DNA from: Halomicronema hongdechloris C2206
GTDB taxonomy: Bacteria > Cyanobacteriota > Cyanobacteriia > Phormidesmidales > Phormidesmidaceae
Direction of reading: 5' to 3'
Length of the DNA stretch: 24,000 nt
Assembly: GCF_002075285.3 (NCBI RefSeq)
Contig: NZ_CP021983.2
Span: 4,441,153 to 4,465,152 of the forward strand
Shown here: positions 7,457 to 17,500 of the stretch, piece by piece
Numbering within the stretch: position 1 is the first letter of the stretch
Layout of the letters: each line of letters starts with the position of its first letter
Notes under the pieces: generated by a model
What the model saw: only the letters and a program-made list of their open reading frames with translations
What the model was told of the DNA's origin: nothing
Database searches by the model: none
Translations under genes and position numbers: made by a program

Positions 7457-10192
7457 TCAGGCATCGAAAATGCCCAACTGCTCTACGGGCTCGGCCACAG
7501 TATCGTCAGACGGCTTATGAGGAGACGACTTGGGGCGACTGCCCCGGCGTAGCCCCACGGCAATCTTGCTGTGTTGTTCGATCTGATGCATGACCTGTTT
7601 GGCCCGCCGGATCACCGATGGCGGCAACCCAGCTAGGCGGCCGGCTTCGATGCCGTAGGAGCGGTCGGCGCCACCGGGGCGCACCTGGTGTAGAAAGATG
7701 ATCTGATCTGGCATTTCCTTCACCGTCACCTGGTAGTTGGCCACGTTGTCGAGGATGCCGGAGAGTTCGTTGAGCTCGTGGTAATGGGTGGCGAAGATGG
7801 TGCAGGCGCGGATGTCGCTGGCCAGGTGCTCGGCGACGGCCCAGGCGATGGAGAGGCCATCGAAGGTGGCGGTGCCCCGGCCAATCTCATCCAGGAGCAC
7901 CAGGGAATGTTCGCTGGCATGGTTGAGGATGTTGGCGGTTTCGTTCATCTCCACCATGAAGGTGGATTGACCGGTGGCTAGGTCATCTACGGCCCCGACT
8001 CGGGTGAAGATGCGATCGCAAATGCCCAAGCTAGCCGCCTGGGCCGGGACAAAACTGCCCACCTGAGCCATCAATTGAATCAACCCCACCTGACGCAGAT
8101 AGCAACTTTTACCACTGGCGTTGGGGCCAGTGAGAATAATTAAATCCGGGTCGGGGGATGATCGGGGTTGAGTGCCTGCCAGTGCCTGTCCGCTGCCTGT
8201 TGACTGGTCTGCTCCTAATGCCGTGGCGTTGGGCACGAAGAAGCCGGTCGGGAGCAACTGCTCTACCACTGGATGACGGCCAGCCTCGATGGCGATCTGA
8301 CGGTGCTGTCCCATGTGGGGGCGGCAATAGCCTTGATAGACGGCGACTTCGGCCAACCCACAGAGCACATCGACGGCAGCCACAGCCTGAGCCACGCGGC
8401 GGATACAGTCGGTGTGTTGGCCTACCTGCTGCCGCAACTGCACGAAGATGTCGTACTCCAGGCTGTGAATTTCAGCTTGTAGGTTAAAGACCCGGGCTTC
8501 CCGTTCCTTCAGTTCCGGGGTGATGTAGCGTTCTTCGTTGGTCAGGGTTTGCTTGCGGATATAGTCGGCCGGGGCCTGCTCGGCTTTGGCCCGAGAGATG
8601 CTGATGTAGTAGCCAAAGGCCTTGTTAAACCCCACCTTGAGGGTAGCAATGCCGCTACGCTGCCGCTCTACGGCTTCTAGGTTGGCGATCCACTGTTGAT
8701 CTCCGGCCACCTGTTGCCGCAGGCTATCGAGCTTGTCGTTGACGCCATCGCGGATCAGGTTGCCCTCATTCAGATAGAGGGGCGGGGTGTCGACCAGATG
8801 CGATCGCAACACCTGACCCAACTGTTCCAATTCAGGCGGCACCATTTGTAGTGCCTTTAGGTAAGCAGATTGAGCCGAGGCTACCAAGGCCGCCAGTTCT
8901 GGTAAGCGGGCAAACGAATCCGCCAGGGCCACCAGATCCCTGGCATTGGCGGTGCCAGAGCCGGCTCGACCGGCTAGCCGCTCCAGATCATAGATTTGCT
9001 TCAGGCGCTGCTGCAGGATTTGCCGCAGATTACCATCTTGAACCAGGTCTTCTAGGGTGTCTTGGCGAGCCTGAATGGCCTCAATATCTAAGAGAGGCTG
9101 CAGCAGCCAGCGACGCAGAGCCCGACTGCCCATGGCGGTCACGGTGCGGTCTAAGGCCCATAGCAGGGAACCATGGAAAGTGCTATCGCGGGCGGTCTGA
9201 GTAATTTCCAGGTTGCGGCGGGTTTGGTGATCGATGACAAGATACTCGCTCAGGGTATAGGTGGCCAGGGACTGCAAGGGCACCTGCATCGATTTCTGGG
9301 TGTCTTCCAGGTACTCCAACAGCCCCCCAGCAGCCCGTACGGCCAACGGTAGGTGTTCACAGCCCAACCCTTCTAAGGAACGGAGGCGAAACCGCTGTAG
9401 CAGTCGCTGGCGGGCTTCGCTTTGGGTAAAGGGGGCCTGGGGCCGCAGGGTATAGCAAAACTGGCGCGGTAGACAATCGGGCAGATGCTCGGAGGGTTCC
9501 CCTGGCCGCAGCAACGTGATGATATCAGGGGCATTGGTGGGCACCAGGGTCTCGGCCGGCTGCAGACGCATTACCTCTTGGGTGAGCTGCTTTAGGGAGC
9601 GAGACTGGGTGGTAAAAAACTCCCCCGTGGAGACATCGGCATAGGCCAGGCCCCAGTGGTCTGCAGCCATCACAACCGCCGCCAGGAAGTTATTGCGACT
9701 GGCACTGAGCATGCCCTCTTCCAGCACTGTGCCTGGGGTCATCACCCGGGTGACTTCCCGCTTCACCAGCCCCTGGGCCAGGGCCGGATCTTCCACCTGG
9801 TCACAGATAGCAATGGCAAAACCCTTCTCCACCAGGGCAGTGCAGTAGCGGTCTAGCGCGTGGTGGGGAATGCCGGCCAAGGGCACCCGGCCAATGGCCT
9901 TGCCGGCGTCCTTGCTGGTCAGCACCAGTTCTAGTTCCCGGGCGATGGTGATGGCATCCTGAAAAAAGGTCTCGAAAAAATCACCGACGCGGTACAGCAG
10001 CAGGGCGTGGGGATGTTCCTCCTTGATGGCCACATAGTGCTGCATCATCGGCGTCAGATCATCCCAGTTAACGGAACCATGGTCGCTGTAGCGGACGGTA
10101 TGCTTGGCCAGCCGCTCTGGCAGATCAGCGGCAGACGGGTTGGCGGCAGGGGAACCGGTCATAGACATCGTCAAGGTATGACGGGCACTCAA
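7457..10192 (-). CDS. mutS: DNA mismatch repair protein MutS
   Basis: ..[16 protein letters not shown].., Walker [27 protein letters not shown] and a C-terminal dimerisation region. The start at 10192 is TTG; the ATG at 10168 is an equally plausible start. Confidence 0.97.
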   Translation of the reverse strand: MSARHTLTMSMTGSPAANPSAADLPERLAKHTVRYSDHGSVNWDDLTPMMQHYVAIKEEHPHALLLYRVGDFFETFFQDAITIARELELVLTSKDAGKAIGRVPLAGIPHHALDRYCTALVEKGFAIAICDQVEDPALAQGLVKREVTRVMTPGTVLEEGMLSASRNNFLAAVVMAADHWGLAYADVSTGEFFTTQSRSLKQLTQEVMRLQPAETLVPTNAPDIITLLRPGEPSEHLPDCLPRQFCYTLRPQAPFTQSEARQRLLQRFRLRSLEGLGCEHLPLAVRAAGGLLEYLEDTQKSMQVPLQSLATYTLSEYLVIDHQTRRNLEITQTARDSTFHGSLLWALDRTVTAMGSRALRRWLLQPLLDIEAIQARQDTLEDLVQDGNLRQILQQRLKQIYDLERLAGRAGSGTANARDLVALADSFARLPELAALVASAQSAYLKALQMVPPELEQLGQVLRSHLVDTPPLYLNEGNLIRDGVNDKLDSLRQQVAGDQQWIANLEAVERQRSGIATLKVGFNKAFGYYISISRAKAEQAPADYIRKQTLTNEERYITPELKEREARVFNLQAEIHSLEYDIFVQLRQQVGQHTDCIRRVAQAVAAVDVLCGLAEVAVYQGYCRPHMGQHRQIAIEAGRHPVVEQLLPTGFFVPNATALGADQSTGSGQALAGTQPRSSPDPDLIILTGPNASGKSCYLRQVGLIQLMAQVGSFVPAQAASLGICDRIFTRVGAVDDLATGQSTFMVEMNETANILNHASEHSLVLLDEIGRGTATFDGLSIAWAVAEHLASDIRACTIFATHYHELNELSGILDNVANYQVTVKEMPDQIIFLHQVRPGGADRSYGIEAGRLAGLPPSVIRRAKQVMHQIEQHSKIAVGLRRGSRPKSSPHKPSDDTVAEPVEQLGIFDA

Positions 10193-10382
10193 GCTGGTTA
10201 ACAGTGGCTATATTGTAGGCCCCTGACCAGTCCCCCTGCGGAGTTGGGCTTGGACCAACCGCCAGTCTCTGGAAGGCAATGACACCAGACCCTATGCCTT
10301 TGGGGTGACTAGAGGCCTGAGCAGGCAGCAGCTCGTACCATTAAGCTTCGTTGCATGCTTTCACGCAGCCTGGAAGGACCAT

Positions 10383-10396
10383 GTTACGTTCGTAAC
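10383..10396. promoter_or_regulatory. Palindromic candidate operator in the mutS / small-ORF divergent region
   Basis: GTTACG-TT-CGTAAC has 6-bp arms. A third GTTAC half-site lies at 10413-10417. The palindrome is 39 nt upstream of the GTG at 10435. Confidence 0.3.
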
Positions 10397-10434
10397 GTTC
10401 TCATTGCACATCGTTACATTAGGGAGAGGGTTCT

Positions 10435-10650
10435 GTGGCACTGTCTGAGAACGCTATCGACGCTGTAAACAACGCTGTCAATACTGAGCGCGAAGACTTC
10501 AGCGAGTATGTCGCCCATTTGCAACTGCATATGGCCCTGCAGGCTCGTAACCTGGTACCGGCACTGCAACATCGGGGCGATCGTCGTGAGACGCTATTGC
10601 ACCAAACCCAAGCTGATTTCGAAAAACTGATTTCTCGTCAAGGGGTATAG
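10435..10650 (+). CDS. Small hypothetical protein (71 aa)
   Basis: The GTG start is preceded by GGGAGAGGG (10422-10430). The composition is helical and charged. A good terminator follows. Function unknown. Confidence 0.5.
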   Translation: MALSENAIDAVNNAVNTEREDFSEYVAHLQLHMALQARNLVPALQHRGDRRETLLHQTQADFEKLISRQGV

Positions 10651-10679
10651 CTTTCCGCCTGTAGCGGGACCATAGCCTG

Positions 10680-10715
10680 GCGTCTATCTCGGCAAGGGAT
10701 AGGCGCTTTATTTAT
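10680..10715 (+). terminator. Rho-independent terminator
   Basis: GCGTCTATC / GATAGGCGC forms a 9-bp stem (one G-U) with a 9-nt loop, followed by TTTATTTAT. It lies between convergent genes. Confidence 0.6.
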
Positions 10716-10717
10716 GA

Positions 10718-11419
10718 CTAATAGCGGCGGGAAGGCCCCTTGGTATCCATCAGGCCCAACAGGGGACCCAGAATGATACCGAAGACAAAGCCGCCGGCAT
10801 GGGCCCAGTAGGCGACGCCACCAGCGCCGACATCGGCGTTTGCTCCTAAACTAGCCAATCCATAAAGGGCCTGCTGCACGAACCAGAACCCCAGGAAAAA
10901 TAAGGCTGGCACCCGCACGGTAGTAATAAAGAAAAAGAGAGGCAGCAGGGTGAGGATGTAGGCCCGGGGAAACCGCAGGATGTAGGCTCCCATGACGCCA
11001 GCAATGGCACCACTGGCTCCCAGGGTTGGCACTGCAGAGAGGGGGGCGAATATCCACTGGGCCAGGGCAGCCAACACCCCACACCCCAGATAAAAAATCA
11101 CGAAGCGTCCTTTGCCCAGCTGCTCTTCAATGTTGTTGCCAAACACCCAGAGATAGAGCATGTTGCCGCCGATGTGCAGAATGCCACCATGTAGAAACTG
11201 AGACGTAATTAGGGTGAACCATTCCTGCGGGGACGCTTGACCGGCAAAGCTGGCAGTTAGTTGCTCAGGCACGATGGCCCAGGTATCAAAGAACTGCTGC
11301 AGCTGGGCTGAAGAGGGCAGACTGAGCTCGTAGAGGAAGATGAGGACATTGATGAGAATCAGGGTATAGGTGACATGGGGCGTCGTTTGGGTGGGATTCT
11401 CATCACGTAGGGGAACCAC
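10718..11419 (-). CDS. Rhomboid family intramembrane serine protease
   Basis: Multi-TM protein with ..FLHGGILHIGGNMLYLWVFG.., catalytic GASGAIAGVMGAY and ..AHAGGFVFG. GTG start. Confidence 0.9.
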   Translation of the reverse strand: MVPLRDENPTQTTPHVTYTLILINVLIFLYELSLPSSAQLQQFFDTWAIVPEQLTASFAGQASPQEWFTLITSQFLHGGILHIGGNMLYLWVFGNNIEEQLGKGRFVIFYLGCGVLAALAQWIFAPLSAVPTLGASGAIAGVMGAYILRFPRAYILTLLPLFFFITTVRVPALFFLGFWFVQQALYGLASLGANADVGAGGVAYWAHAGGFVFGIILGPLLGLMDTKGPSRRY

Positions 11420-11469
11420 AGGCCTGGTTAGAGCGACGACTCCTATATTCTACGGGGGTTTACAGCAGT

Positions 11470-12378
11470 CTACCCAGCGGTAGGTAAAAGGGTAAGCTGG
11501 CCCTGGTCACCATTGAGCTCTGCTGGCACACCCACTGGCAGGGCGGCGTTGACGCCATCATGGCCGAAGGGTAGATCGGAGACGACGGGAATGCCGAGAT
11601 CGCCGATGCGATCGCACAGTACCTCAGCCACACTGAAGCTGGGTGTATGCTCGGCGGGAAGACAGCGGCTAAAGCGCCCTAGGGCAATGCCACCAACTCG
11701 CTGGAGTTTGCCACTAGCCCGCCAATGGGTCAGCAGGCGGTCAATGCGATAGGGAGCCTCAGTGACATCTTCTAAAGCCAGAATCACTCCGTCCAAATCA
11801 GGCTCATCGGCGGTACCTAACAGATGAGTAGCCACCGTCAAGTTGGCCGGAAGCAGTCGTCCCCGTGTTTTCCCTTGGTGCCAGCCCCGACCCTGTAAGG
11901 GGGCCACAGAACGGCCCTCGATCCAGTCAAATAGGCGCTGGCGCGACCACTGCGGTTCCTGGGCCAGAGTAGTCAAGAGAGGTCCATGGACCCCGGCGAT
12001 CCCCAGCTTGGCTAGACTCCACAACAGGCTGGTGATATCCGAAAAGCCAATCAGCCATTTGGGCTCGGTCGAAGGCCAACGCCACGCCTCCAGCAGGCGG
12101 GTGCCGCCAAAGCCGCCGCGGGCACAGAGGATGCCTCGACAATCCGGATCCAGCCAGGCCTGCTGCAGTTGCTGGCGGCGAGCGGCATCATGGCCCGCCA
12201 GATACCCCCATTGGTGATCATAGCCAGGGCTCAGCTCTATGCGATAGCCCCGCCGCCGCCAGATATCTACCCCGGCCTGAAAAGCCTCCAACTCCCGTAA
12301 GGCACCACTGGGGGCAATTACCCGTAGACAATCCCCAGGTTGCAACGGCGGCGGTAACTGACAATCAGAACGGCGCAT
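11470..12378 (-). CDS. LD-carboxypeptidase (peptidase S66, LdcA-like)
   Basis: ..LRVIAPSGAL.., ..GYLAGHDAARRQQL.., ..ILCARGGFGGTRLL.., nucleophile motif IGFSDITSL, and ..LPFGH.. are all S66 hallmarks. Confidence 0.88.
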   Translation of the reverse strand: MRRSDCQLPPPLQPGDCLRVIAPSGALRELEAFQAGVDIWRRRGYRIELSPGYDHQWGYLAGHDAARRQQLQQAWLDPDCRGILCARGGFGGTRLLEAWRWPSTEPKWLIGFSDITSLLWSLAKLGIAGVHGPLLTTLAQEPQWSRQRLFDWIEGRSVAPLQGRGWHQGKTRGRLLPANLTVATHLLGTADEPDLDGVILALEDVTEAPYRIDRLLTHWRASGKLQRVGGIALGRFSRCLPAEHTPSFSVAEVLCDRIGDLGIPVVSDLPFGHDGVNAALPVGVPAELNGDQGQLTLLPTAG

Positions 12379-12781
12379 TGACAGGGCTACTCCTTAATCG
12401 GCCGTTCATTACTATACACACCGACCATTGAGACGGTTTTGGGACGCCTAGCGACGCTGCTCTCAGTAGTCTTAACTCAACAAGCCGGCGAGCTGCTAAC
12501 CAGCAGTCATTCCAAGAAAGCAAGCATATTAGCCTGTTTCGCCAAGTTAGAGACGGGACTAGCCCTGGCTAGTCAGCCATTGGGCTACGGCAAACGCTCT
12601 GAAAGAGCACCCTAAGACCTAATTTGCAAAGGAATTCTTCAAAAGCTTGCAAGGCTAATAACAACCTTGAGGGAGCGTTTGCGGTGGTCCTAGAAGATTT
12701 GCCCTAACTGCTGTGTAGGCGTTTCGCAAATCACCCAAAGTAGCTCTTGATTCTCCATAAAAGTCTGGGCAGACTGGAGAG

Positions 12782-13888
12782 GTGCAACGGCTGTTCATCT
12801 GCTTAGAGGGGAGTCTCCTCGGCGACATCGTGTTACTCAAGACCTTCGACATTGCTCCAGGGCAAGTTCAGACCTTCCTATGGGACGGAGGAGCGGAAGC
12901 ATGGTCGCAGGTAATACTGGCTGAGGAAATTTGCTCAGCAAATCTACGGCTGGTGTTTCACAGCTGGCCCCAATTGTCCGAGCACGAGGGGATTATTCAG
13001 AGTGTGCTCCAGACCTTGGCAGAGGTTGTCTATAGACTCTGGCCCAGCTGGTATTGCCAGGACAACTTATTTGCCGATGATGCTACCACAGAAGCCGCCG
13101 TCCTCAACAGCTATCGCTGTCTAGACTGGCAGAGGCGTGAGGCTGGAGTATCGTTGCCATGGCTGAAAGCAGCCGTTCGAGCCCGACAGCAGGGCAAGGT
13201 GCCGCTTCTAGATCCATTTCCCCACTCTCTGCAGCTGGCTCAACTGGCCCTTGCCATTGACCCAGCCGGTATTGTTCTAGTCTTAGCCTTAGCGGAGCCC
13301 CGGCCTGCCGACCATCGTTTGTTGGCCTTAGCTAGGGCCGTCAATTGGATAGCCATCCATTCACAGGCTCGTGTGGCCCTGTGGCTGCCTCAATCTCTAG
13401 CACAAGCGGCGGCGTTGGATTCGATCTTGTATGGCGCTAAGGTTCTGCCTTGCCCATTGACGGCGGCGGTTGCTACCGCTGAAGACGAAGCTAAACATGT
13501 GGTATTTCCCATCCACGGTAGACCGCATCCGTTTAGTCCAGGGGAGGAGAAATTGGCTCAATGGCTGGCTCGAGATAGGGAGTTAGGGCAGCTATTTAGC
13601 TTCAACCAGATGGTGAGGACGAAGAGGGGCCAGACCTATCTGGTAGATTTGCTGTGGCTAGAGGGTCGGGTGATTGTTGAAGTGGATGGTTACCGCCACC
13701 ACGGTAACCGGTTTGGGTTTAATCAGGATCGCCATCGTGACTATGACCTCCTGATCAGCGACTATGTGGTGCTGCGGCTGCCCCATGATGAGGTGCTCAA
13801 CGATGTCGAAGTTGCGGTAGAAAAGATCCGCGACGTGGTGCGATTTCGTCGCCGACAGCTTTGTCATACCCGCGAGGTGTCTCTGTGA
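12782..13888 (+). CDS. Cassette gene A: unknown ~245-aa N-terminal region fused to a C-terminal DUF559 / Vsr-like (PD-(D/E)xK-type) endonuclease domain
   Basis: GTG start just after GGAGAG. The C-terminus (about nt 13517-13837) reads SPGEEKLAQWLARDRELGQLFSFNQMV..TYLVDLLWLEGRVIVEVDGYRHHGN..DRHRDYDLLISDYVVLRLPHDEVL. This matches my memory of the DUF559 pattern (T/S-x-x-E-x-x-LW .. hhhDF .. hhhEhDG..H .. D..RD..L...G..VLR). I do not recognise the N-terminal part. Confidence 0.85.
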   Translation: MQRLFICLEGSLLGDIVLLKTFDIAPGQVQTFLWDGGAEAWSQVILAEEICSANLRLVFHSWPQLSEHEGIIQSVLQTLAEVVYRLWPSWYCQDNLFADDATTEAAVLNSYRCLDWQRREAGVSLPWLKAAVRARQQGKVPLLDPFPHSLQLAQLALAIDPAGIVLVLALAEPRPADHRLLALARAVNWIAIHSQARVALWLPQSLAQAAALDSILYGAKVLPCPLTAAVATAEDEAKHVVFPIHGRPHPFSPGEEKLAQWLARDRELGQLFSFNQMVRTKRGQTYLVDLLWLEGRVIVEVDGYRHHGNRFGFNQDRHRDYDLLISDYVVLRLPHDEVLNDVEVAVEKIRDVVRFRRRQLCHTREVSL

Positions 13889-14544
13889 CTATTGAATTAA
13901 CGCCCAAGCTGGATTTGGTGATTTGGAGTCTCCTAATCACAGGCGATGAACCGATGATGTCAAAGGTGAAGCCAGGCATAACGCCAACTGAGCGAAAAAA
14001 GCTGATTGATGCAGGTTTGATTCGATTGGAGAAACGAGGTCGAGCTTCTCATATTGTGCTAGAAGATAAAGCCTGGGATTGGCTGGCCACACGGTTGCAA
14101 TCTCCAGACTTCACAGTCGAGTTCCCGAGTCGAGCTACGACTGCTATTCCCACATTTCAAGTCTTGCTAGGAAAAGTAGGGGAATTTTTGCGATCGCACA
14201 ATATTTCCCTGGCTGAATTTCTCAACCCACCTCCTGAGTCCCACAAACTGAATAATGATGATTTAGAGAAAGTTGCCGAAGTCGACTTAACAAAACATAT
14301 ACATGCTGCTTATACCAAGATTACAGGTGGTCAATACAGCGTTAGAGTGCGACTATCTGACCTACGACATAATCTATCTAATTTTTCTCGAGCTGAAGTT
14401 GACAGTGCATTGAGAAATATGGAGTTAGCTGGACATGTAGTCTTAATGCATTTAGACGATCCAGATGAAATCAAGCCAGAAGATGAGGCGGCAGCTGTCG
14501 ATATTGATGGCCATAAAAGTCACATTTTATACTTAAAGGCTTAG
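13885..14544 (+). CDS. Cassette gene B: predicted DNA-binding protein with two winged-helix-like modules
   Basis: The ORF track starts at TTG 13861. I prefer GTG 13885, which overlaps the gene A stop as GTGA. The N-terminal LTPKLDLVIWSLLITGDEP..ITPTERKKLIDAGLIRLEKRGRASHIVLEDKAWDWL looks MarR-like wHTH. The C-terminal VRLSDLRHNLSNFSRAEVDSALRNMELAGHVVLMHLDD looks like a second wHTH. The domain calls are by eye only. Confidence 0.7.
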   Translation: MTIELTPKLDLVIWSLLITGDEPMMSKVKPGITPTERKKLIDAGLIRLEKRGRASHIVLEDKAWDWLATRLQSPDFTVEFPSRATTAIPTFQVLLGKVGEFLRSHNISLAEFLNPPPESHKLNNDDLEKVAEVDLTKHIHAAYTKITGGQYSVRVRLSDLRHNLSNFSRAEVDSALRNMELAGHVVLMHLDDPDEIKPEDEAAAVDIDGHKSHILYLKA

Positions 14545-14555
14545 GATATAGAACG

Positions 14556-17500
14556 GTGGAAAATTCGATTGCTTTTCAGGCTCTTCAATCTGTCGATTTT
14601 AACTGGACCATGCACATTAAAAGTGTATGGGAAGACATAATTGATGATATTGAGGGATTACACCAACAGGAACGCCACTTTATCGCCTCTGCCCTTGACC
14701 AACTCCTAAAGACATCTCAGCCGCTTGCGCCACTTGGCATTGTTATTGCAGGGGAGGGAGGTGTAGGTAAAACTCATCTCATTGGAGCAATTCGTAAATA
14801 TACCATTACCCATGGGCTCAATTTTATTCTGGTCGATATGACTGATGTCCGTGACTTTTGGGAAACTGTTCTTCAGGGCTATATTAGTTCATTACAAGAA
14901 GATGCTGTTGATGGTACGGCCCAATTTCAACTAAGAGATTTAGTGGGTTATTTGGTTTCCCTGACAGGGAAATCGGTCTCTTCAGGTGTGATGGCTGCTC
15001 TGCCTGAGAAGTCTTTGAGAAATGCTATCAAGCACGTTTTGAATGCCCTAGCTCAAGTTGATCGGAAAGCTGCAGCCGAGTTCCAAGATGTCATCCGAGC
15101 CTTAATTTTGTTAAATTCTGATAGCTTTGAAATCTTGGGTATTGGTCATACTTGGCTGCAGGGATTAGAAATCGAAACTGAGGATAAAACTCGATTTGGC
15201 TTCAGGCAAACTATTGCGACTAGTCCCAGGAAAATCGTACAGGGTTTGTCTTGGTTAATGAGTTTGCAGCGACCATCAGTATTGGCTCTCGATCAACTGG
15301 ATTCTATCGTGATGCAACATCACTATGGAGCCGGTGGCTCTACAGATTTAGATCTATCAGAAGAACAACGTATCTCAAAAGCCATTATCGAAGGTATTGG
15401 CGGTGGATTAATGGCTCTACGTGATACCATCTATCGTACGCAAATAATTGTTTCTTGTCTGGAATCAACCTGGAACGTTCTTGTAAATCAAGCTATTAGT
15501 ACATTTCAAGATCGCTTTCATAGACCGCTCATCCTAGGACGAGTTATTAGTTCTGAAGTTGCTCGAGCCATTGTTGAAAAACGCCTTCAGCAGGCATATG
15601 AGCAGGTTGGTTTTGTTGCCCCCTACTCTACTTGGCCATTTTCCAAATCATTTTTCCAATCTGCTATTCGTCATTCCCCGAGACGGATTTTAAAGCGTTG
15701 CTATGAGCATCAACAGCATTGCTTAGTGGCAGGAGAAATTCAGGAAATTCATTCATTTGGTAACGACGTAGTCATAGATGATCCTCCTGTCGACCTCGAG
15801 GCAATTGATCAGGCATTCGCAACGGCTCAGCAACAGGTTGACATCAGGGCTGCCCTAGATGAGACCCAAGAAGATGCTGTGTTAGGGCAGTGGCTGCAAA
15901 CCGCTGCAAAGTGCTTGGTTGCGGAGAACCCGACTCCAGATACGGTGGACAGCGAGGTAGAGGTCAACTTTCCAGGCGGCAAAAATTATCCTCAACTTCA
16001 CGCCAGGGTGAGGCTGATTTACCGCAACGAAGGGGACCGGGAGAAGCATTTGTCCTTGAGGGCGCTGTTGCGATCGCATCATGCCGCCTACCGCGCCCGC
16101 CTGAAAACGGCCATGACCACGGCTGGTATCGACCATGCCCTGAGTTTTCGGCGGCTGCTCATTGTCAGAGTCGGTGATATTCCTGGTGGTGCAACTACTC
16201 AAGAATTGAGCCACCGATTTACTGAAGCAGGCGGCTTAATGGTCTATCCCGACGAGGCTGAATTGCGCCTCTTGGCAGCCCTGCATCAGATCAGGTCAAT
16301 GGAACATTTTGATACCTGGCTGCATCAGCGTCGTCCAGTGTCACAACTGCGGTGCTTTCAATCCACCGTCACCTGGCTATTTGGCGATACCGTCGATGTA
16401 TTCTCCTCTGGGAAAACGGTCTCTTCGGGGACGCTAGATTCCCCTCCTCAACCAGCACCTGACAAGCCAGATGAGTTGCCACTGAAATCGCCACATTCAG
16501 GAGATCACCCTGTCGCACCCTCGCCGGTTGGCCTGCCCATTGGCCGACAGCTTAGACAGCCCCAAGACATCGTCGCGATTCCCCTAGAGGCCTTAACCAA
16601 ACACATCGTCATCCTGGCCGGCAGCGGGGCGGGGAAAACCGTGCTGGTGCGTCGACTGGTGGAAGAAGCCATCCTGAAGCAGATCCCGGCCATTGTCATT
16701 GATGGGGCCAATGATCTGGCCCGCATGGGAGATCCATGGCCAGAAACACCAGCGGCATGGGATCACCTCGACCGTCGCCAAGCCCAGCAGTACCATCAAT
16801 CCGTCGATGTCGCCGTTTGGACCCCTGGCCGTGAAGCTGGCAATGCAGTCACCCTGAACCCGCTACCGGATTTTGCCGCCCTCACGAACAACGCCGATGA
16901 ACTCAATCAGGCCATCGACATGGCCCGCGACAGTCTGCAAGATATCGTTGCCTCGGGCAATTCAGCCACGGCCAAGGTGCGGCGAGGCATTCTCAGAAAT
17001 GCCCTAGAGGTGTTCGCAACTAACGGCGGCGGTGATCTTGAGGGCTTTGCCGACTTTTTAAGAGACCTCCCCGAGGATGCCGCCGGCAACATTTCTAGAG
17101 CCAGCCAACATGCCCAAGCCATGGCAGATTTACTCAGTGCAGAAATGGCCAACAATCCCCTCCTGCGTCAGAGTGGCGCCCCACTGGCCCCGGCCATTTT
17201 GCTAGGGCTAGAGGGTTCGTCTGCCAAAACTCGCCTCTCGATTCTCAACTTTATTGGTCTGTCTGGACTGCCGCAGCAGCAGCAGTTCCTCCATCAACTG
17301 GCCATGACCCTATTTACCTGGATTAAGAAACACCCAGCCCCAGCAGGTCAACCCCTACGGGGGCTGCTGGTGATCGATGAGGCCAAGGACTTTTTACCGT
17401 CTCGGCAATCGACTCCCTGTAAATCCAGCCTGAATCGTCTCGCTGCCCAGGCTCGGAAATACGGGCTAGGGCTGATCTTTGCCACCCAAGCCCCCAAGAG

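Noticed and set aside
7084-7593. 169-aa plus-strand ORF
   Set aside because: It overlaps both the more protein-like 7154..7444 frame and the 3' end of mutS. Its Pro/Arg/Gly-rich composition is typical of an off-frame artefact.
12379-12420. TTGACA at 12379-12384 as a -35 box for a plus-strand promoter
   Set aside because: The nearest -10-like hexamer (TACTAT) is 26 nt away, the wrong spacing. I could not support any promoter call for the cassette by eye.
12655-12852. 65-aa minus-strand ORF overlapping the start of cassette gene A
   Set aside because: It has no SD and a non-protein-like sequence, and it overlaps the start of a well-supported gene on the other strand.
15882-16214. Internal ORFs on both strands inside gene C (15882..16214 -, 15890..16177 +, 16505..16799 -, 16907..17155 -)
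   Set aside because: They sit in the GC-rich half of a long ORF with clear ATPase motifs and are shadow ORFs.
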